The notes below the pieces were generated by a model that was not told the origin of the DNA, did not search any database, and worked only from the letters and a program-made list of their open reading frames with translations. DNA of 64,000 nucleotides, taken from NCBI GenBank assembly GCA_944380765.1, contig CALWIO010000003.1, positions 1,701 to 65,700 of the forward strand. The letters are read 5' to 3'. The DNA comes from an uncultured Clostridia bacterium (GTDB taxonomy: Bacteria; Bacillota; Clostridia; Oscillospirales; Acutalibacteraceae). Position 1 is the first letter of the stretch, and every line of letters begins with the position of its first letter. Shown piece after piece: positions 42,688-53,600 of the stretch. A program made the position numbers and the translations under genes.

Positions 42688-43257
42688 TTACAGTTTAAGC
42701 ACAATTCCGGCAACGGCGCCCAGCACCAGCCAGAAAGCCGGGTGCAGATTTTTCAGCTTTTTGATAAACATAAGCGCGAACACGATAAGCGCTATGATTA
42801 TAACTTCGTACGCGAAAGCTCCGTCCTGATAAAAGGTCTGCGCAATAATTCCGTAAACCGCCGAAAGAACCAGAGCGGCAACGGTGGGCCGTATTCCGTA
42901 AAAGGCGGATTTTACATATTTGTTGTCGGAAAAGGATTTTAAGAATTTCGCTATTATTACAATAACTATGATTGCGGGAACTACAAGTCCCGTAGTGGCG
43001 ATTATGCCGCCGAGTATTCCTCCGCCCATTCCAAGCTCCTTGTATCCGGCGTTGAATCCGGCGTAGGTAGCCATATTTACGCCGATAGGTCCGGGCGTGC
43101 TCTCGCTTATGGCAATCATATCCGCAAGCTGTTTCTGATTGAACCAGCCGTAATCGCTCGCGGCAAGGTCGTACAAAAAGGGAATTGTAGCGGGACCGCC
43201 GCCTACGGCGAAAAGTCCTATTTTAAAGAACTCGTAAAAAAGATACAGAAAAGTCAT
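42688..43257 (-). CDS. chrA: Chromate transporter (ChrA) family protein, half-size subunit
   Basis: 189 aa, hydrophobic, with an FGGG..TIP-type motif (FAVGGGPATIPFL). Confidence 0.8.
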   Translation of the reverse strand: MTFLYLFYEFFKIGLFAVGGGPATIPFLYDLAASDYGWFNQKQLADMIAISESTPGPIGVNMATYAGFNAGYKELGMGGGILGGIIATTGLVVPAIIVIVIIAKFLKSFSDNKYVKSAFYGIRPTVAALVLSAVYGIIAQTFYQDGAFAYEVIIIALIVFALMFIKKLKNLHPAFWLVLGAVAGIVLKL

Positions 43258-43802
43258 TTTTTCCTGACCTCCCTTACCTTATTTACCGCCACGCCTATTA
43301 CCGCGCCGACAACCACTACCAGTATAGGCGTAACATCGAGCACAAAGCTTAACACAATGCCGATTATGAACAGCATGGCGGTTACAATATCGACAAGGCT
43401 CTTGCGGCTGAGGGTGATGACGGTGTGCGACAGCAGCGCGCAGACTACCGCCCTTATGCCCATGAGCGCGCTCGCCACTACCGGATAATCCATAAACTGC
43501 TGAAGGGCGGCGGTGATCGCTATTATTATAATCAGCGAAGGAGTTACCATTCCGACGGTCGCCACAATTCCGCCTATCAGCCCCGCCTGATAATATCCTA
43601 TAAAGGTCGCCGTGTTTACGGCGATTATGCCGGGGGTACACTGACCGACCGCGTAATAGTTGAGAAGCTGCTCCTCGGTCGCCCATTTTTTCTTTTCAAC
43701 CACTTCTTTTGTAAGCAGAGGCAGCATTGTAAGTCCTCCGCCGAAGGTCATTGCGCCTATCTTGGCAAAGGTTATAAACAGCGTTAGTAGTTTTTTAACC
43801 AT
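43254..43802 (-). CDS. chrA: Chromate transporter (ChrA) family protein, half-size subunit
   Basis: 182 aa with MTFGGGLTMLPLL motif; 4-nt overlap with its partner. Confidence 0.8.
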   Translation of the reverse strand: MVKKLLTLFITFAKIGAMTFGGGLTMLPLLTKEVVEKKKWATEEQLLNYYAVGQCTPGIIAVNTATFIGYYQAGLIGGIVATVGMVTPSLIIIIAITAALQQFMDYPVVASALMGIRAVVCALLSHTVITLSRKSLVDIVTAMLFIIGIVLSFVLDVTPILVVVVGAVIGVAVNKVREVRKK

Positions 43803-43819
43803 AGTTTCACACTTTCATA

Positions 43820-44428
43820 TTATTTATTGTTCCCGCCCCAGAAGATGTAGTCAGAAATTAACATTGCCCTGACGGGGGAGGCTTCGGCTCCGCTGATTTT
43901 AAGCGGAGGCGCGATTAAAAAGTAGTTCCCGGACTCTACTTTTTCCAAATCGAGATTTTCGAGAACCGCTATATTGTTTTGGAGCAGGCACCTGTGCGCC
44001 CGTCCGTTAAATTCCTCCGGCTCAACGCTCGGCGCGTCCGTTCCCACAAGCTCATAGCCGAGATACGCGAGCTGGTCGGCGGCGGACTCGTGCAGAAACG
44101 CTTTGCCTTTGCTTTTTATGAGTATTCTTTTCGCGTTTCTCGGAAAATATTCTTCCACAAAAGCTCCGGTTATAATCATCTCGGCCACTTCGACTACCGC
44201 GCAGGGGCCTATAAACGCCTGCGGGTCAACCGAGTTTATGTCGCCGCCGTCCTCAATAAAATGTAAGGGAGCGTCAAGATGCGTTCCGTTATGCAGGCAC
44301 ATACTGATAAGCCCCAGATTATACTCCCCGCCCTTTTCAATGCTTTTCGCCCTCGCGAATCGGGGAGCCGGGTCATCGCCGAAAGGCTCGCAGGAGAGAA
44401 TATCCCTTGAAATATCAATTATTTTCAT
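43820..44428 (-). CDS. Cyclase family protein (kynurenine formamidase-like)
   Basis: 202 aa with the HNGTHLDAPLHF motif of the putative cyclase family. Confidence 0.7.
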   Translation of the reverse strand: MKIIDISRDILSCEPFGDDPAPRFARAKSIEKGGEYNLGLISMCLHNGTHLDAPLHFIEDGGDINSVDPQAFIGPCAVVEVAEMIITGAFVEEYFPRNAKRILIKSKGKAFLHESAADQLAYLGYELVGTDAPSVEPEEFNGRAHRCLLQNNIAVLENLDLEKVESGNYFLIAPPLKISGAEASPVRAMLISDYIFWGGNNK

Positions 44429-44486
44429 CTCTTCACCCCACAGACAAGCGCGGCAGCGCTGAAAGTAATTCCGCCGCCGCTGCCCT

Positions 44487-46895
44487 TTATTTTGCTACTA
44501 TGTTTACAAGCTTGCCCTTAACATAAATTTCCTTGACAATATTTTTGCCGTCCAGCTCCGACTTGATTTTTTCATCGGACTTGGCAAGCTCTATCGCCTG
44601 CTGCTGTTCAATATCGGCGGGAACATTGAGCTTGGCGCGGATTTTTCCGTTAATCTGAACCACAATCTCAATCATATCGTCAACGCATTTCGCCTCGTCA
44701 TAACCGGGCCACTCGCCCTCGGCGGCAAGCATTTTGCCGAAGGAGCAGACCTCCCACATCTCCTCGGTAACATGGGGAGCGAAGGGATTGACGAGAATCA
44801 GCAGCGTTTTAAGCTCGGCGCGGTTTATTTCGCCCTTGTCGTAAATGCTGTTGAGCAAGGTCATAAGCGCGGCAATCGCCGTGTTGTATTTAAGCGACTC
44901 AATATCCTCGGTGACCTTTTTAACGGTCTTGTGCATGGCGCTGGAAAGCTCGGGCGAATACTCGTCGCCGTCTTTAAGTATTTCCTGCAAGTTCCATATT
45001 CTGTCTATAAACCTCTTGCAGCCCTTAACCGAGCTTTCCGACCAGGGAGCCGCCTTTTCATAATCTCCCATAAACAGTACATAAGTACGCAGAACATCGG
45101 CTCCGTAGGCGTCAACAACCTCGTTGGGGTCTATAACATTCCCCCTGGATTTACTCATTTTTACGCCGTCGGGACCCAAAATAAGTCCCTGAGCGGTTCT
45201 TTTGGCGTAAGGCTCCTCATAGGGTACAAGTCCCAGATCATAGAGGAACTTATACCAGAAGCGCGAATATATAAGGTGACGGGTGACATGCTCCATGCCG
45301 CCGTTGTACCAGTCAACGGGCATCCAGTACCTGAGTTTTTCCATATTGGCAAACTCGCTGTCGTTGTGGGGGTCCACATAGCGCAGGAAATACCATGACG
45401 AGCCTGCCCACTGGGGCATTGTGTCGGTTTCGCGCTTGGCTTCGCCGCCGCACCTGGGGCATTTGCAGTTTACATACCCGCTGATTTTCGCCAGCGGACT
45501 TTCGCCGTCAGTACCCGGCTCAAAGTTCTCAACCTCGGGCAGCTTTAAGGGAAGCTCCTCATAGGGAACGGCTACCATTCCGCATTTCGGGCAGTGAACT
45601 ATCGGTATAGGCTCGCCCCAGTAACGCTGACGGTTAAACGCCCAGTCCTTCATCTTGTACTGAACGCCGCCCTCGCCGACGCCTTTTTCCTGCAAATACT
45701 CAATCATTTCGGCGATGGAGTCCTTTTTGTTGTCAAGTCCGTTCAAAAAGCCGGAATTTACCATTTCGCCGTCGCCGGTATATGCCTCACGGCTGATGTC
45801 GCCGCCCTTGATTACCTCAATAATATCTATGCCGAACTTTTTGGCGAAGTCATAGTCGCGGCTGTCGTGAGCGGGCACAGCCATAATGGCTCCCGTACCG
45901 TAGCCCATCATTACATAGTCGGAAATGTAAATGGGAATATCCTTGCCGTTGACCGGGTTTTTAGCGGTAATGCCGTTAATTTTAACGCCCGTTTTGTCCT
46001 TTACAAGCTGCGTGCGCTCAAACTCGGTCTTTTTGGCGCACTCGGCTCGATAGGCGGCGATTTCGTCCATATTTGAAATCTGCGCGCTGTACTTGTCGAT
46101 AATCGGGTGCTCGGGCGCCATAACCATAAAGGTCACGCCGAAAAGAGTGTCGGGACGGGTGGTGTAAATTCTGAGCTGTTCGGGAATTTCATTGAGAGTG
46201 AAATTGACAAAAGCTCCTCGGGATTTGCCTATCCAGTTTACCTGCTGAAGCTTGATGTTGGGAAGATAGTCCACCTTTTTAAGTCCTTCAAGCAGCTTGT
46301 CAGCGTATTCGGTTATGCGAAGATACCACACATCTTTTGATTTCTGGACAACCTCGCTGTGGCAGATGTCGCACTTGCCGCCCTGCGAGTCCTCGTTTGA
46401 AAGCACAACCTTGCAGGAGGGGCAGTAGTTTACCAGCGTTTTGTCGCGGAAAGCAAGCCCCTTTTCAAACATTTTAAGGAATATCCACTGCGTCCATTTG
46501 TAGTATTTCTCGTCGGTGGTGTCGATAACCCGGTTCCAGTCAAAGGAAAAACCTACCTTTTTAAGCTGACCGGTAAACTTTTCGATATTGGTGTCGGTAA
46601 CCTTTCTGGGGTGTATTCCCGTTTTAATGGCGTAGTTCTCGGTGGGGAGTCCGTAAGCGTCAAAGCCTATGGGGAAAAGCACATTGTAGCCCTGAAGCCT
46701 TCTTTTGCGGGAAACAACTTCAAGTCCGCTGTACGCCTTGATATGGCCTACATGCATACCCGCTCCGCTGGGATAGGGAAATTCAACCAGCGCGTAAAAC
46801 TTAGGCTTGTCGGAATTGTCCTGAGCGCCGAATACTCCCGCGCTCTCCCATTTTTCCTGCCACTTTTTCTCGGTTTCTTTAAAATTGTAGTTCAT
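44487..46895 (-). CDS. leuS: Leucine--tRNA ligase
   Basis: 802 aa with a HIGH-type motif (PSGAGMHVGH), KMSKS (VKMSKSRGN) and a CP1 editing domain. Confidence 0.97.
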   Translation of the reverse strand: MNYNFKETEKKWQEKWESAGVFGAQDNSDKPKFYALVEFPYPSGAGMHVGHIKAYSGLEVVSRKRRLQGYNVLFPIGFDAYGLPTENYAIKTGIHPRKVTDTNIEKFTGQLKKVGFSFDWNRVIDTTDEKYYKWTQWIFLKMFEKGLAFRDKTLVNYCPSCKVVLSNEDSQGGKCDICHSEVVQKSKDVWYLRITEYADKLLEGLKKVDYLPNIKLQQVNWIGKSRGAFVNFTLNEIPEQLRIYTTRPDTLFGVTFMVMAPEHPIIDKYSAQISNMDEIAAYRAECAKKTEFERTQLVKDKTGVKINGITAKNPVNGKDIPIYISDYVMMGYGTGAIMAVPAHDSRDYDFAKKFGIDIIEVIKGGDISREAYTGDGEMVNSGFLNGLDNKKDSIAEMIEYLQEKGVGEGGVQYKMKDWAFNRQRYWGEPIPIVHCPKCGMVAVPYEELPLKLPEVENFEPGTDGESPLAKISGYVNCKCPRCGGEAKRETDTMPQWAGSSWYFLRYVDPHNDSEFANMEKLRYWMPVDWYNGGMEHVTRHLIYSRFWYKFLYDLGLVPYEEPYAKRTAQGLILGPDGVKMSKSRGNVIDPNEVVDAYGADVLRTYVLFMGDYEKAAPWSESSVKGCKRFIDRIWNLQEILKDGDEYSPELSSAMHKTVKKVTEDIESLKYNTAIAALMTLLNSIYDKGEINRAELKTLLILVNPFAPHVTEEMWEVCSFGKMLAAEGEWPGYDEAKCVDDMIEIVVQINGKIRAKLNVPADIEQQQAIELAKSDEKIKSELDGKNIVKEIYVKGKLVNIVAK

Positions 46896-46922
46896 TTATA
46901 TTCTACCTCTTTACGGTGAAAT

Positions 46923-47855
46923 TTACTCGCTTATCATTTCGCTTATATCAACGGTTTCGGCGTCCGCCCAAAGGTGTTCAAGGTTGAAATGCTCCCTCTG
47001 GTCGGCGGTAAAGATATGAATTACCAGCGCTCCGTAGTCAAGCAGTATCCAGCCCGTTGTTCTGCCCTCCGTATGCCCAGGCTTTACCCCGGCTTTTGAA
47101 AGGGCGTCTTCAACCTCGTCGGCAAGCGCTCTTATATGGGTTGAAGAAGTACCGGTAGCAATTATAAAATAATCCGCGACTACCGTCAAGTCCGTTATTT
47201 TAAGCGCGGTTATATTTTCCGCCTTTTTGCTGTCAAGCACCTTTACGGCGTTTTTGAGTATCTCTTTAATCTCCATTTTTTCTTTCCTTTCCCACGCCAG
47301 AAAATTAAACGCCCTTACCGTGTCAAGATGTATGGGGCGGCATCTGGCGGCGTTGTCCTCAATAGTAAACGAAAGTCCTCTCAGCACCGCTGCGTCCAGG
47401 TCTTTTTCTGCAAGAAGCCTTACCTCGTTGACATCGGGATAATTTCTGTCCTCGGAGGTGAGGTCGGCGGCATAGATGACTTTTTCAAGCAGAGTCATAT
47501 TCTCCCTGCCCGTTGTGTGATACCTTACGGCTGAAAGAATTTCGGAGTCGGTAACTCCCAGTTCTTTTCTTAAAAAAACCTCGCCCGCCTGCGCGTGAAG
47601 CGTTACGGTTATGCCCTTTTCATAAGGAGCGAGAGTCTGAGAGTCGCTCTCGATAAGCTCAATCATCTTTTCGGGCGGCTCATATCTCATTATATCGTGA
47701 ACAAGCCCGGCGGTGTACGCCTTTTCCCTGTCCGCGCCGAAAATTCCGGCAAGGCGCTTTGCCTGCTCGGCAACGCAGATTGAGTGGTAAAGCCGCTGAG
47801 CGGTCAGCCTCTTTTTGAGAATTTCAAGAAATTCACTGTTTCTTTGAGTATCCAT
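46923..47855 (-). CDS. Fusion protein: YqeK-type HD-domain hydrolase + ribosome silencing factor RsfS
   Basis: 310 aa single ORF. N-terminal ~195 aa carry HD motifs (HSICVAE...GLVHDI). C-terminal ~115 aa are RsfS-like (DYFIIATGTSSTHIRALADEV...WILLDYGALVIHIF). Confidence 0.8.
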   Translation of the reverse strand: MDTQRNSEFLEILKKRLTAQRLYHSICVAEQAKRLAGIFGADREKAYTAGLVHDIMRYEPPEKMIELIESDSQTLAPYEKGITVTLHAQAGEVFLRKELGVTDSEILSAVRYHTTGRENMTLLEKVIYAADLTSEDRNYPDVNEVRLLAEKDLDAAVLRGLSFTIEDNAARCRPIHLDTVRAFNFLAWERKEKMEIKEILKNAVKVLDSKKAENITALKITDLTVVADYFIIATGTSSTHIRALADEVEDALSKAGVKPGHTEGRTTGWILLDYGALVIHIFTADQREHFNLEHLWADAETVDISEMISE

Positions 47856-48462
47856 AAAGCCTGTGACTCTCCATATATTCTATTATTTCCGGCTCGCACA
47901 GTCCGTAAATGCTCTTGCCGTTCTTTATTCTTTCCCTTATTTCGCCGGAGCTTACCGAAAAGGCTTCAAGGGGAGAAATATGTATATTCTTCCCGTCAAG
48001 GTCCTTTATATATATCCCCAGCTTGTCAAAGGCGTATGAGCGAAGTTCGTGGATACTGTCCTCGGTATTGCGCGAAGCCACGCAGATACGGCACTTTTCC
48101 AGAAGCTCGCGGTGTTTGTACCACTTGTGGAACATCAAAAACATATCCGAGCCGATTATAAGGTAAAGCTCGTCGCCGGGATATTTTTCCATAAGCTCGT
48201 TTACGGTGTAGATTGTGTAGCTGTCCGACTCCCTGTCGATTTCCATTGTGCTTATCTCGAATTTGGGATTCTTAAAGGCAAGGCGGCACATAGCCACACG
48301 GTCGCTGTTGTCCGCCAAATCGTCGCAGCGCTTGTGAGTGGGGACTTTGTTGGGAATTATAAACACCCTGTCAAGCCCCAGCTCCTCGGTGAGCTTTTCA
48401 ATCATTCTCGCGTGTCCCTTGTGGGGAGGATTAAAAGTTCCCCCGAAAATTCCCGTTTTCAT
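47833..48462 (-). CDS. nadD: Nicotinate-nucleotide adenylyltransferase
   Basis: 209 aa with GIFGGTFNPPHKGH motif. Confidence 0.92.
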   Translation of the reverse strand: MKTGIFGGTFNPPHKGHARMIEKLTEELGLDRVFIIPNKVPTHKRCDDLADNSDRVAMCRLAFKNPKFEISTMEIDRESDSYTIYTVNELMEKYPGDELYLIIGSDMFLMFHKWYKHRELLEKCRICVASRNTEDSIHELRSYAFDKLGIYIKDLDGKNIHISPLEAFSVSSGEIRERIKNGKSIYGLCEPEIIEYMESHRLYGYSKKQ

Positions 48463-48764
48463 CTTTTGCCGACCTTCTTTTTTTCGTCCTTGTGAAGCTC
48501 GGGATTAAAGCGGTAAAAAATCATACTGCCGCCTATTACGCCCACGCACTCGCTGTTTGTAGCCTCCGCTAATTTACGGGCGATTTCCTTTGGCTTTTCG
48601 GGACTCGTTTCCAGAAGCACTTTAAGCTTTATAAGCTCCCTTGCCGTCAGCGCGTCGTCGGTCTGCTTTATAAGCGCGTCCGAAATTCCGCCCTTGCCCA
48701 CCTGAAAAAGCGGCTGCATTGAGTTTGCCTGCGCCCTTAAAAGCGCTCTTTCTTTTCCGGTCAT
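48459..48764 (-). CDS. yhbY: YhbY/CRM-domain RNA-binding protein
   Basis: 101 aa with LTGKERALLRAQAN...QVGKGG motif. Confidence 0.85.
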   Translation of the reverse strand: MTGKERALLRAQANSMQPLFQVGKGGISDALIKQTDDALTARELIKLKVLLETSPEKPKEIARKLAEATNSECVGVIGGSMIFYRFNPELHKDEKKKVGKR

Positions 48765-49375
48765 ACCTTTTTCTCTCCGTTTTCCGTATTCAGAAAAGCC
48801 TCAAGCTCCCGCGCCAGCTTTCTAAGCGCGTTTCCCCTGTGGCTTATTTTATCCTTTTCCTCTGCCGTAAGCTCGCCGAAGGTCTTTTCGCCCACCAAAA
48901 ACAGCGGGTCATAGCCGAAGCCGCCCTCGCCGTGAGGCTCAAAGGCTATTCTGCCCTCGCACTCGCCCCTTACGGTTAGCTGCCTGCCGTCCGGGAAACA
49001 GCAGCATACGGCGCTTACAAACCTTGCCGTTCTGTTTTTTTCCGGCACATCTTTTAAAAGTTCCAGCAGTTTTTCGTTATTCTTTTTATCGTTTCCGTGC
49101 TCGCCGGCAAAACGGGCCGAATACACTCCGGGCGCGCCGTCAAGGGCGTCAACCGCAAGTCCCGAATCGTCGGCAACGCATACCATTCCGCTCTCGCGGC
49201 AGCCGCTGCTCGCCTTTAAATAAGCGTTTTCCTCAAAGGTTTCGCCTGTTTCCTCCACATCGGAAAGGATTTTGCCCGCCATTTCGGCAGTCAGCACATT
49301 TATTCCCAGCGGCTCCAGAATCCTTTGAAGCTCCGCCTGTTTTTTCATATTATGAGTTGCGATTAAAAAGTCCAA
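48761..49375 (-). CDS. rdgB: dITP/XTP pyrophosphatase (RdgB/HAM1 family)
   Basis: 204 aa with IATHN.KK.E, FGYDP and the SHR motif. Confidence 0.9.
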   Translation of the reverse strand: MDFLIATHNMKKQAELQRILEPLGINVLTAEMAGKILSDVEETGETFEENAYLKASSGCRESGMVCVADDSGLAVDALDGAPGVYSARFAGEHGNDKKNNEKLLELLKDVPEKNRTARFVSAVCCCFPDGRQLTVRGECEGRIAFEPHGEGGFGYDPLFLVGEKTFGELTAEEKDKISHRGNALRKLARELEAFLNTENGEKKV

Positions 49376-50561
49376 AAAAGCCCTTCTTTCTCTTGCTTTG
49401 TCCGCCGTCTGTCTCCTCCTGCGGCTCTTCCTCCCTGTCGTCTTCTACTTCTTCCTGCGGTTCGTTTTCAGAATCCCGCTTCTGAGAAGACCCGGTATCG
49501 TCTTTATCTGTGAGAACTGCCTCGCGTTCTCTCTGAGGTTCAGGCTCTTCCTCACTGACGGGAACACCGACGCCGCCCTCAGGCTCCTTTTCAGATTCCG
49601 TATCAGCTTCGCTGTCAATTCCAAAAGAAACATCCTCCTCGCGGGTGTAGTCTATTTTATCAAACAGCCCGTCGGCAAACGCCCGTGGGCTGAACGGCTG
49701 CAAATCGTCAATCTGCTCGCCTACTCCCACAAACTTGACGGGTATGCCCAGCTCGTTTTTAATGGCCAGCACAACTCCGCCCCTCGCGGTGCCGTCCAGC
49801 TTTGTGAGCACGATTCCGGTGATATCGGCGGCGTTTTTAAACTCCTTTGCCTGACTAACCGCGTTCTGCCCCGTTGTGGCGTCAAGCACCAGCAGCACCT
49901 CGCGGTCGGAATAGGGCAGTTCACGGTCGATTACACGGTAAATCTTGTTAAGCTCGTCCATAAGGTTTTTCTTGTTGTGAAGTCTGCCCGCGGTGTCGAT
50001 AATTATTATTTCGCTGTCGCGCGCCTTAGCCGCGCTTATGGTATCGAACACAACCGCCGCCGGGTCGGCGCCCTCCTTGTGCTTTACAATGGGCACGCCC
50101 GCGCGCTGCGACCATATTTCAAGCTGGTCAATCGCCGCGGCTCTGAAAGTATCGGCCGCGCCGAGAATTACGCTTTTGCCCTCCGCCTTATACATAGCCG
50201 CAAGCTTTCCGATAGTGGTGGTCTTTCCCACGCCGTTTACGCCTATTACAAGGATTACCGAGGGTACCGTAATAAGACCCATATCCTCGCCGCCGTCAAG
50301 CATTTCGGAAATAATTTCCTTTAATTTTAGGCGAATGTCGTCGGGAGAAGTGAGTTTTCCCTTTGCCGCCTCGGCTTTGAGCCTTTCGGTAATCTCCACG
50401 GCGGTGGCAACTCCCACATCTCCCATAACGAGGATTTCTTCAAGCTGCATATAAAGGTCTTCGTTTATCTCGTCAAGACTGTCGAGCATCTCGTCAATGG
50501 CGCCCGCCATCTTATTCCTTGTCTTTGTAAGTCCGAAATTTATTTTTTTGAATATTCCCAT
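49350..50561 (-). CDS. ftsY: Signal recognition particle receptor FtsY with unusual ~105-aa acidic C-terminal extension
   Basis: Likely start is MGIFKKINFGL at 50561. NG domain motifs GVNGVGKTTT, DTAGR and TKLD. A tail follows the NG domain. Confidence 0.9.
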   Translation of the reverse strand: MGIFKKINFGLTKTRNKMAGAIDEMLDSLDEINEDLYMQLEEILVMGDVGVATAVEITERLKAEAAKGKLTSPDDIRLKLKEIISEMLDGGEDMGLITVPSVILVIGVNGVGKTTTIGKLAAMYKAEGKSVILGAADTFRAAAIDQLEIWSQRAGVPIVKHKEGADPAAVVFDTISAAKARDSEIIIIDTAGRLHNKKNLMDELNKIYRVIDRELPYSDREVLLVLDATTGQNAVSQAKEFKNAADITGIVLTKLDGTARGGVVLAIKNELGIPVKFVGVGEQIDDLQPFSPRAFADGLFDKIDYTREEDVSFGIDSEADTESEKEPEGGVGVPVSEEEPEPQREREAVLTDKDDTGSSQKRDSENEPQEEVEDDREEEPQEETDGGQSKRKKGFFGLFNRNS

Positions 50562-50616
50562 ATTTTTATCCTTTCGGCAAAAATAATATTTGCTTAATGC
50601 AGTCCGCTGTGTAAAA

Positions 50617-53600
50617 TCAGGCAAGCCCGAGCTTTCTCGCCATCTCGGCGGTTTTGAGCTCGAGTATTTTGGATACGCCCTCCTCCTGCATTGTAACGCC
50701 GTAGAGCATATCAGCCTCCTCCATAGTGCCGCGCCTGTGCGTAATCAGTATAAACTGGGTGTTCTTAGTCATTCTGCGCACATACTGGGCGTATCTCGCC
50801 ACATTGACCTCGTCAAGAGCCGCCTCAACCTCGTCAAAAATAACGAAGGGCGAGGGCGTTACCTTTAATATGGCGAAGAGCAGCGCGATGGCTGAAAGTC
50901 CCTTTTCACCGCCTGAGAGCAGGTTGATGTTCTGCACATTCTTGCCGGGCGGCTGAACCTTGATTTCAATATCGCATTCAAGCACATTCATCTCGTCCTC
51001 CAAGGACAGCTCCGCCTTTCCTCCGCCGAAAAGCTCCGCAAAGGTTTCGCCGAAAGCGGTGTTGATTTTTCTGAACTGCTCGCGGAACTGAACGCTCATT
51101 TTGCTTGTCAGCTCGTCAATGAGCCTTATAAGCTCCGACTTTGATTTTTCCACATCGCCTGTCTGCGAGGTCATAAACTCGTATCTCTCTTTAACCTCTT
51201 TGTACTCGTCAATCGCCGAAACATTGACGCTTCCGAGGGCGCGTATCTCGTTTTTAAGGGCGGATAGCCTTGTGCGCGCGGCTGAGATGTTCTCAATCTG
51301 CGTGCTGACAGCCTGAGCCTCTCGGCGGGTGAGCTGATATTCGTCATACAATTTGGCGTTGTACTCCTCGTACTCGCTTATCATTGAAGCACGCCGTTCT
51401 TCAAGACGGGCAAGCTCGCCGCTGACCCTTTCACGCTCCGAGGATTTTTCCTTTTCGAGGTTTCTCAAATCCGTGCTTTCTTTTTCAAGCTCCTCTCTTT
51501 TCAAAAGCAGAGCGTCAACGTTTTCTTTGGCATGGGCGCACCTGCTGCGCAGTTCCCCTGCCGTAGCCATAAGGCTTTCAATATCCTTTCTGAGCCACTC
51601 GTTCTTTTTTTCATATACATCAATCTCGCTGTCGAGCTCTTCCATTCTTGAAAAATGGGAATTTTTAAGAGCCTCCAAACGCCGGAGATTATCCTCGGCG
51701 GACTCCCTGTCCTTTTCAAATCCGAGGGCGGAAAGCCTTATGCTCTGCGCCTCGGCAGCCAGTTCCTCACGCAGGGCGGCAAGGTTTTCGCTCTCGCCGC
51801 TGAGGTCGGCAAGCTCCTTTTCCTTTGCGGCGATTTCAGCGCCGAGCCTTTCGGCGGTCTGCGCCGCCGAGGAGCTGTCCTCCTTTATCTTACTCTCGCC
51901 GTCGGTTAAAAGGCGCATTTCGTTTTCGATTTCGTCAGCGGCGGCCGCCGCGGTTTCATACTGCTCGCAGGCGAGCCTGTATTCGCCCTCAAGCCTTATT
52001 TTCTCCTCGTTGGCGGTAAGAATATCGCCCTCGACTCCGCTTAATTCCGCCACCGCTTTTGCCAAAAGCTCGGCCGCTTCCTTTTCCTCGGCGGCAAGGG
52101 CTTCCGCTTTCGCCTTTATCCCGGCAAGTTCCTGCTTTATACGGTCAATCTCGTTAACACGGCTGAGCATACCCACGCCCTGAGCCTTGCTGCCGCCGGT
52201 CATTGAGCCGCCGGCATTGATAACCTGACCGTCAAGGGTGACGATTTTAAACCTGTTCTTATATTTTTTAGCCATGGTAACCGCGCTGTCCAGATCGTCG
52301 CAGACAACGGTTTTGCCAAGCAGATTTTTAACTATTTCACGGTATTTTGCATCACAGCTTACAAGGTCGCAGGCTACGCTGACAAAGCCGTAGCAGTCGT
52401 CAAGCCCTTTTTCGTCCAGACTTCTCGCCCTGATAGCCGTAATCGGCAGGAATGTGGCTCTGCCCGCTTTTGACTCTTTCAAAAAGGCTATTGCCGCTTT
52501 CGCGTTGTTTTCGTCCGACACAACTATGTTCTGAATAGCCGAAGCCAGCGCGGTTTCAACCGCAACAGCGTATTTATCCTTAACCGTTATAAGCTGAGAG
52601 AGCACGCCGTGAATACCCCTTAACGCGCCCCTTTTGCCGGCGCTCATAACGCTGCGCACCGAGCCCTGATAGCCCTCCATATTCTTTTCCAGATCTTCAA
52701 GGACTCTCATTCTCTCGGCTTTTTTTGCCGCCTCGCCTGAAAGCTCGGCAACGGAAGCCTTGATTTTTTCGCTTTTTTCGGTTCTGGACCGCACCTTTAT
52801 ACGGCAGCCGTCAGCCGCGTTTTTAAAGCCCTCGGCTCGCTCCGCGCAGGCGTCAAGCTGGGCTTTTACGCTTTCCTTTTTTTGAAGAAAATCCTTTTTT
52901 GTCTCCGCTTTCGCCGCAAGGCTCTCCCGGGCAGCGGCAATTCTTCTTTCAAACTCGGCGGTCTGCATCTCGGCGGTTTCGATAACAACCCTGCTGTCGG
53001 CAAGCTCCACCGTAAGCAGTGAAATCTGCTTTGAAAGCTCCTCCGAGGCGGTGGCTTTTTCGCTGTTTTCAAGCTGTAATTTCTCAATTTTTCCGGTCAG
53101 CGCCGCAAGGCTTTCCTGCGCCTTTTCAAAACCGAGCAGGGCCTTTTGAGCCTCCTCTCGGGCGGCTTCAATCTGAGCGTCAATGTCGCTTTCGTTCTCG
53201 TTTTCGCTTAGCTTGTCCTTTTTTAAACGCTCAATGGCTTCGCTGTTATGTAAAATGGAGTTTTCATAGACCTTCGCCTGACTTTCAAGCCCTGACGCCT
53301 GCTCCTCACAGTCCGAGGTCGAACTCCTTATCTCCTCAATTTTAACATTTATTTCCCTTGTGCTTTCAAGGTTTTGATTCATCTTCTCCTCAATGGCGGC
53401 AAGCTGCTTCTGCGCGTCGGAATACTGGGCGGAGGCGATGTCCGTTTTTCTGTCCTGCTCTTTCAGGCGCTCCTGAATTTTCCCGATAGTATCGAGCCAT
53501 ATACCTATTTCAAGGCTCTTTCGCTCCTCGGCGAGCACCAGAAAGCGCTCCGCCTTTTCGCTCTGCTGCCTGAGCGGCTCAACGCGCGATTCAAGCTCCG

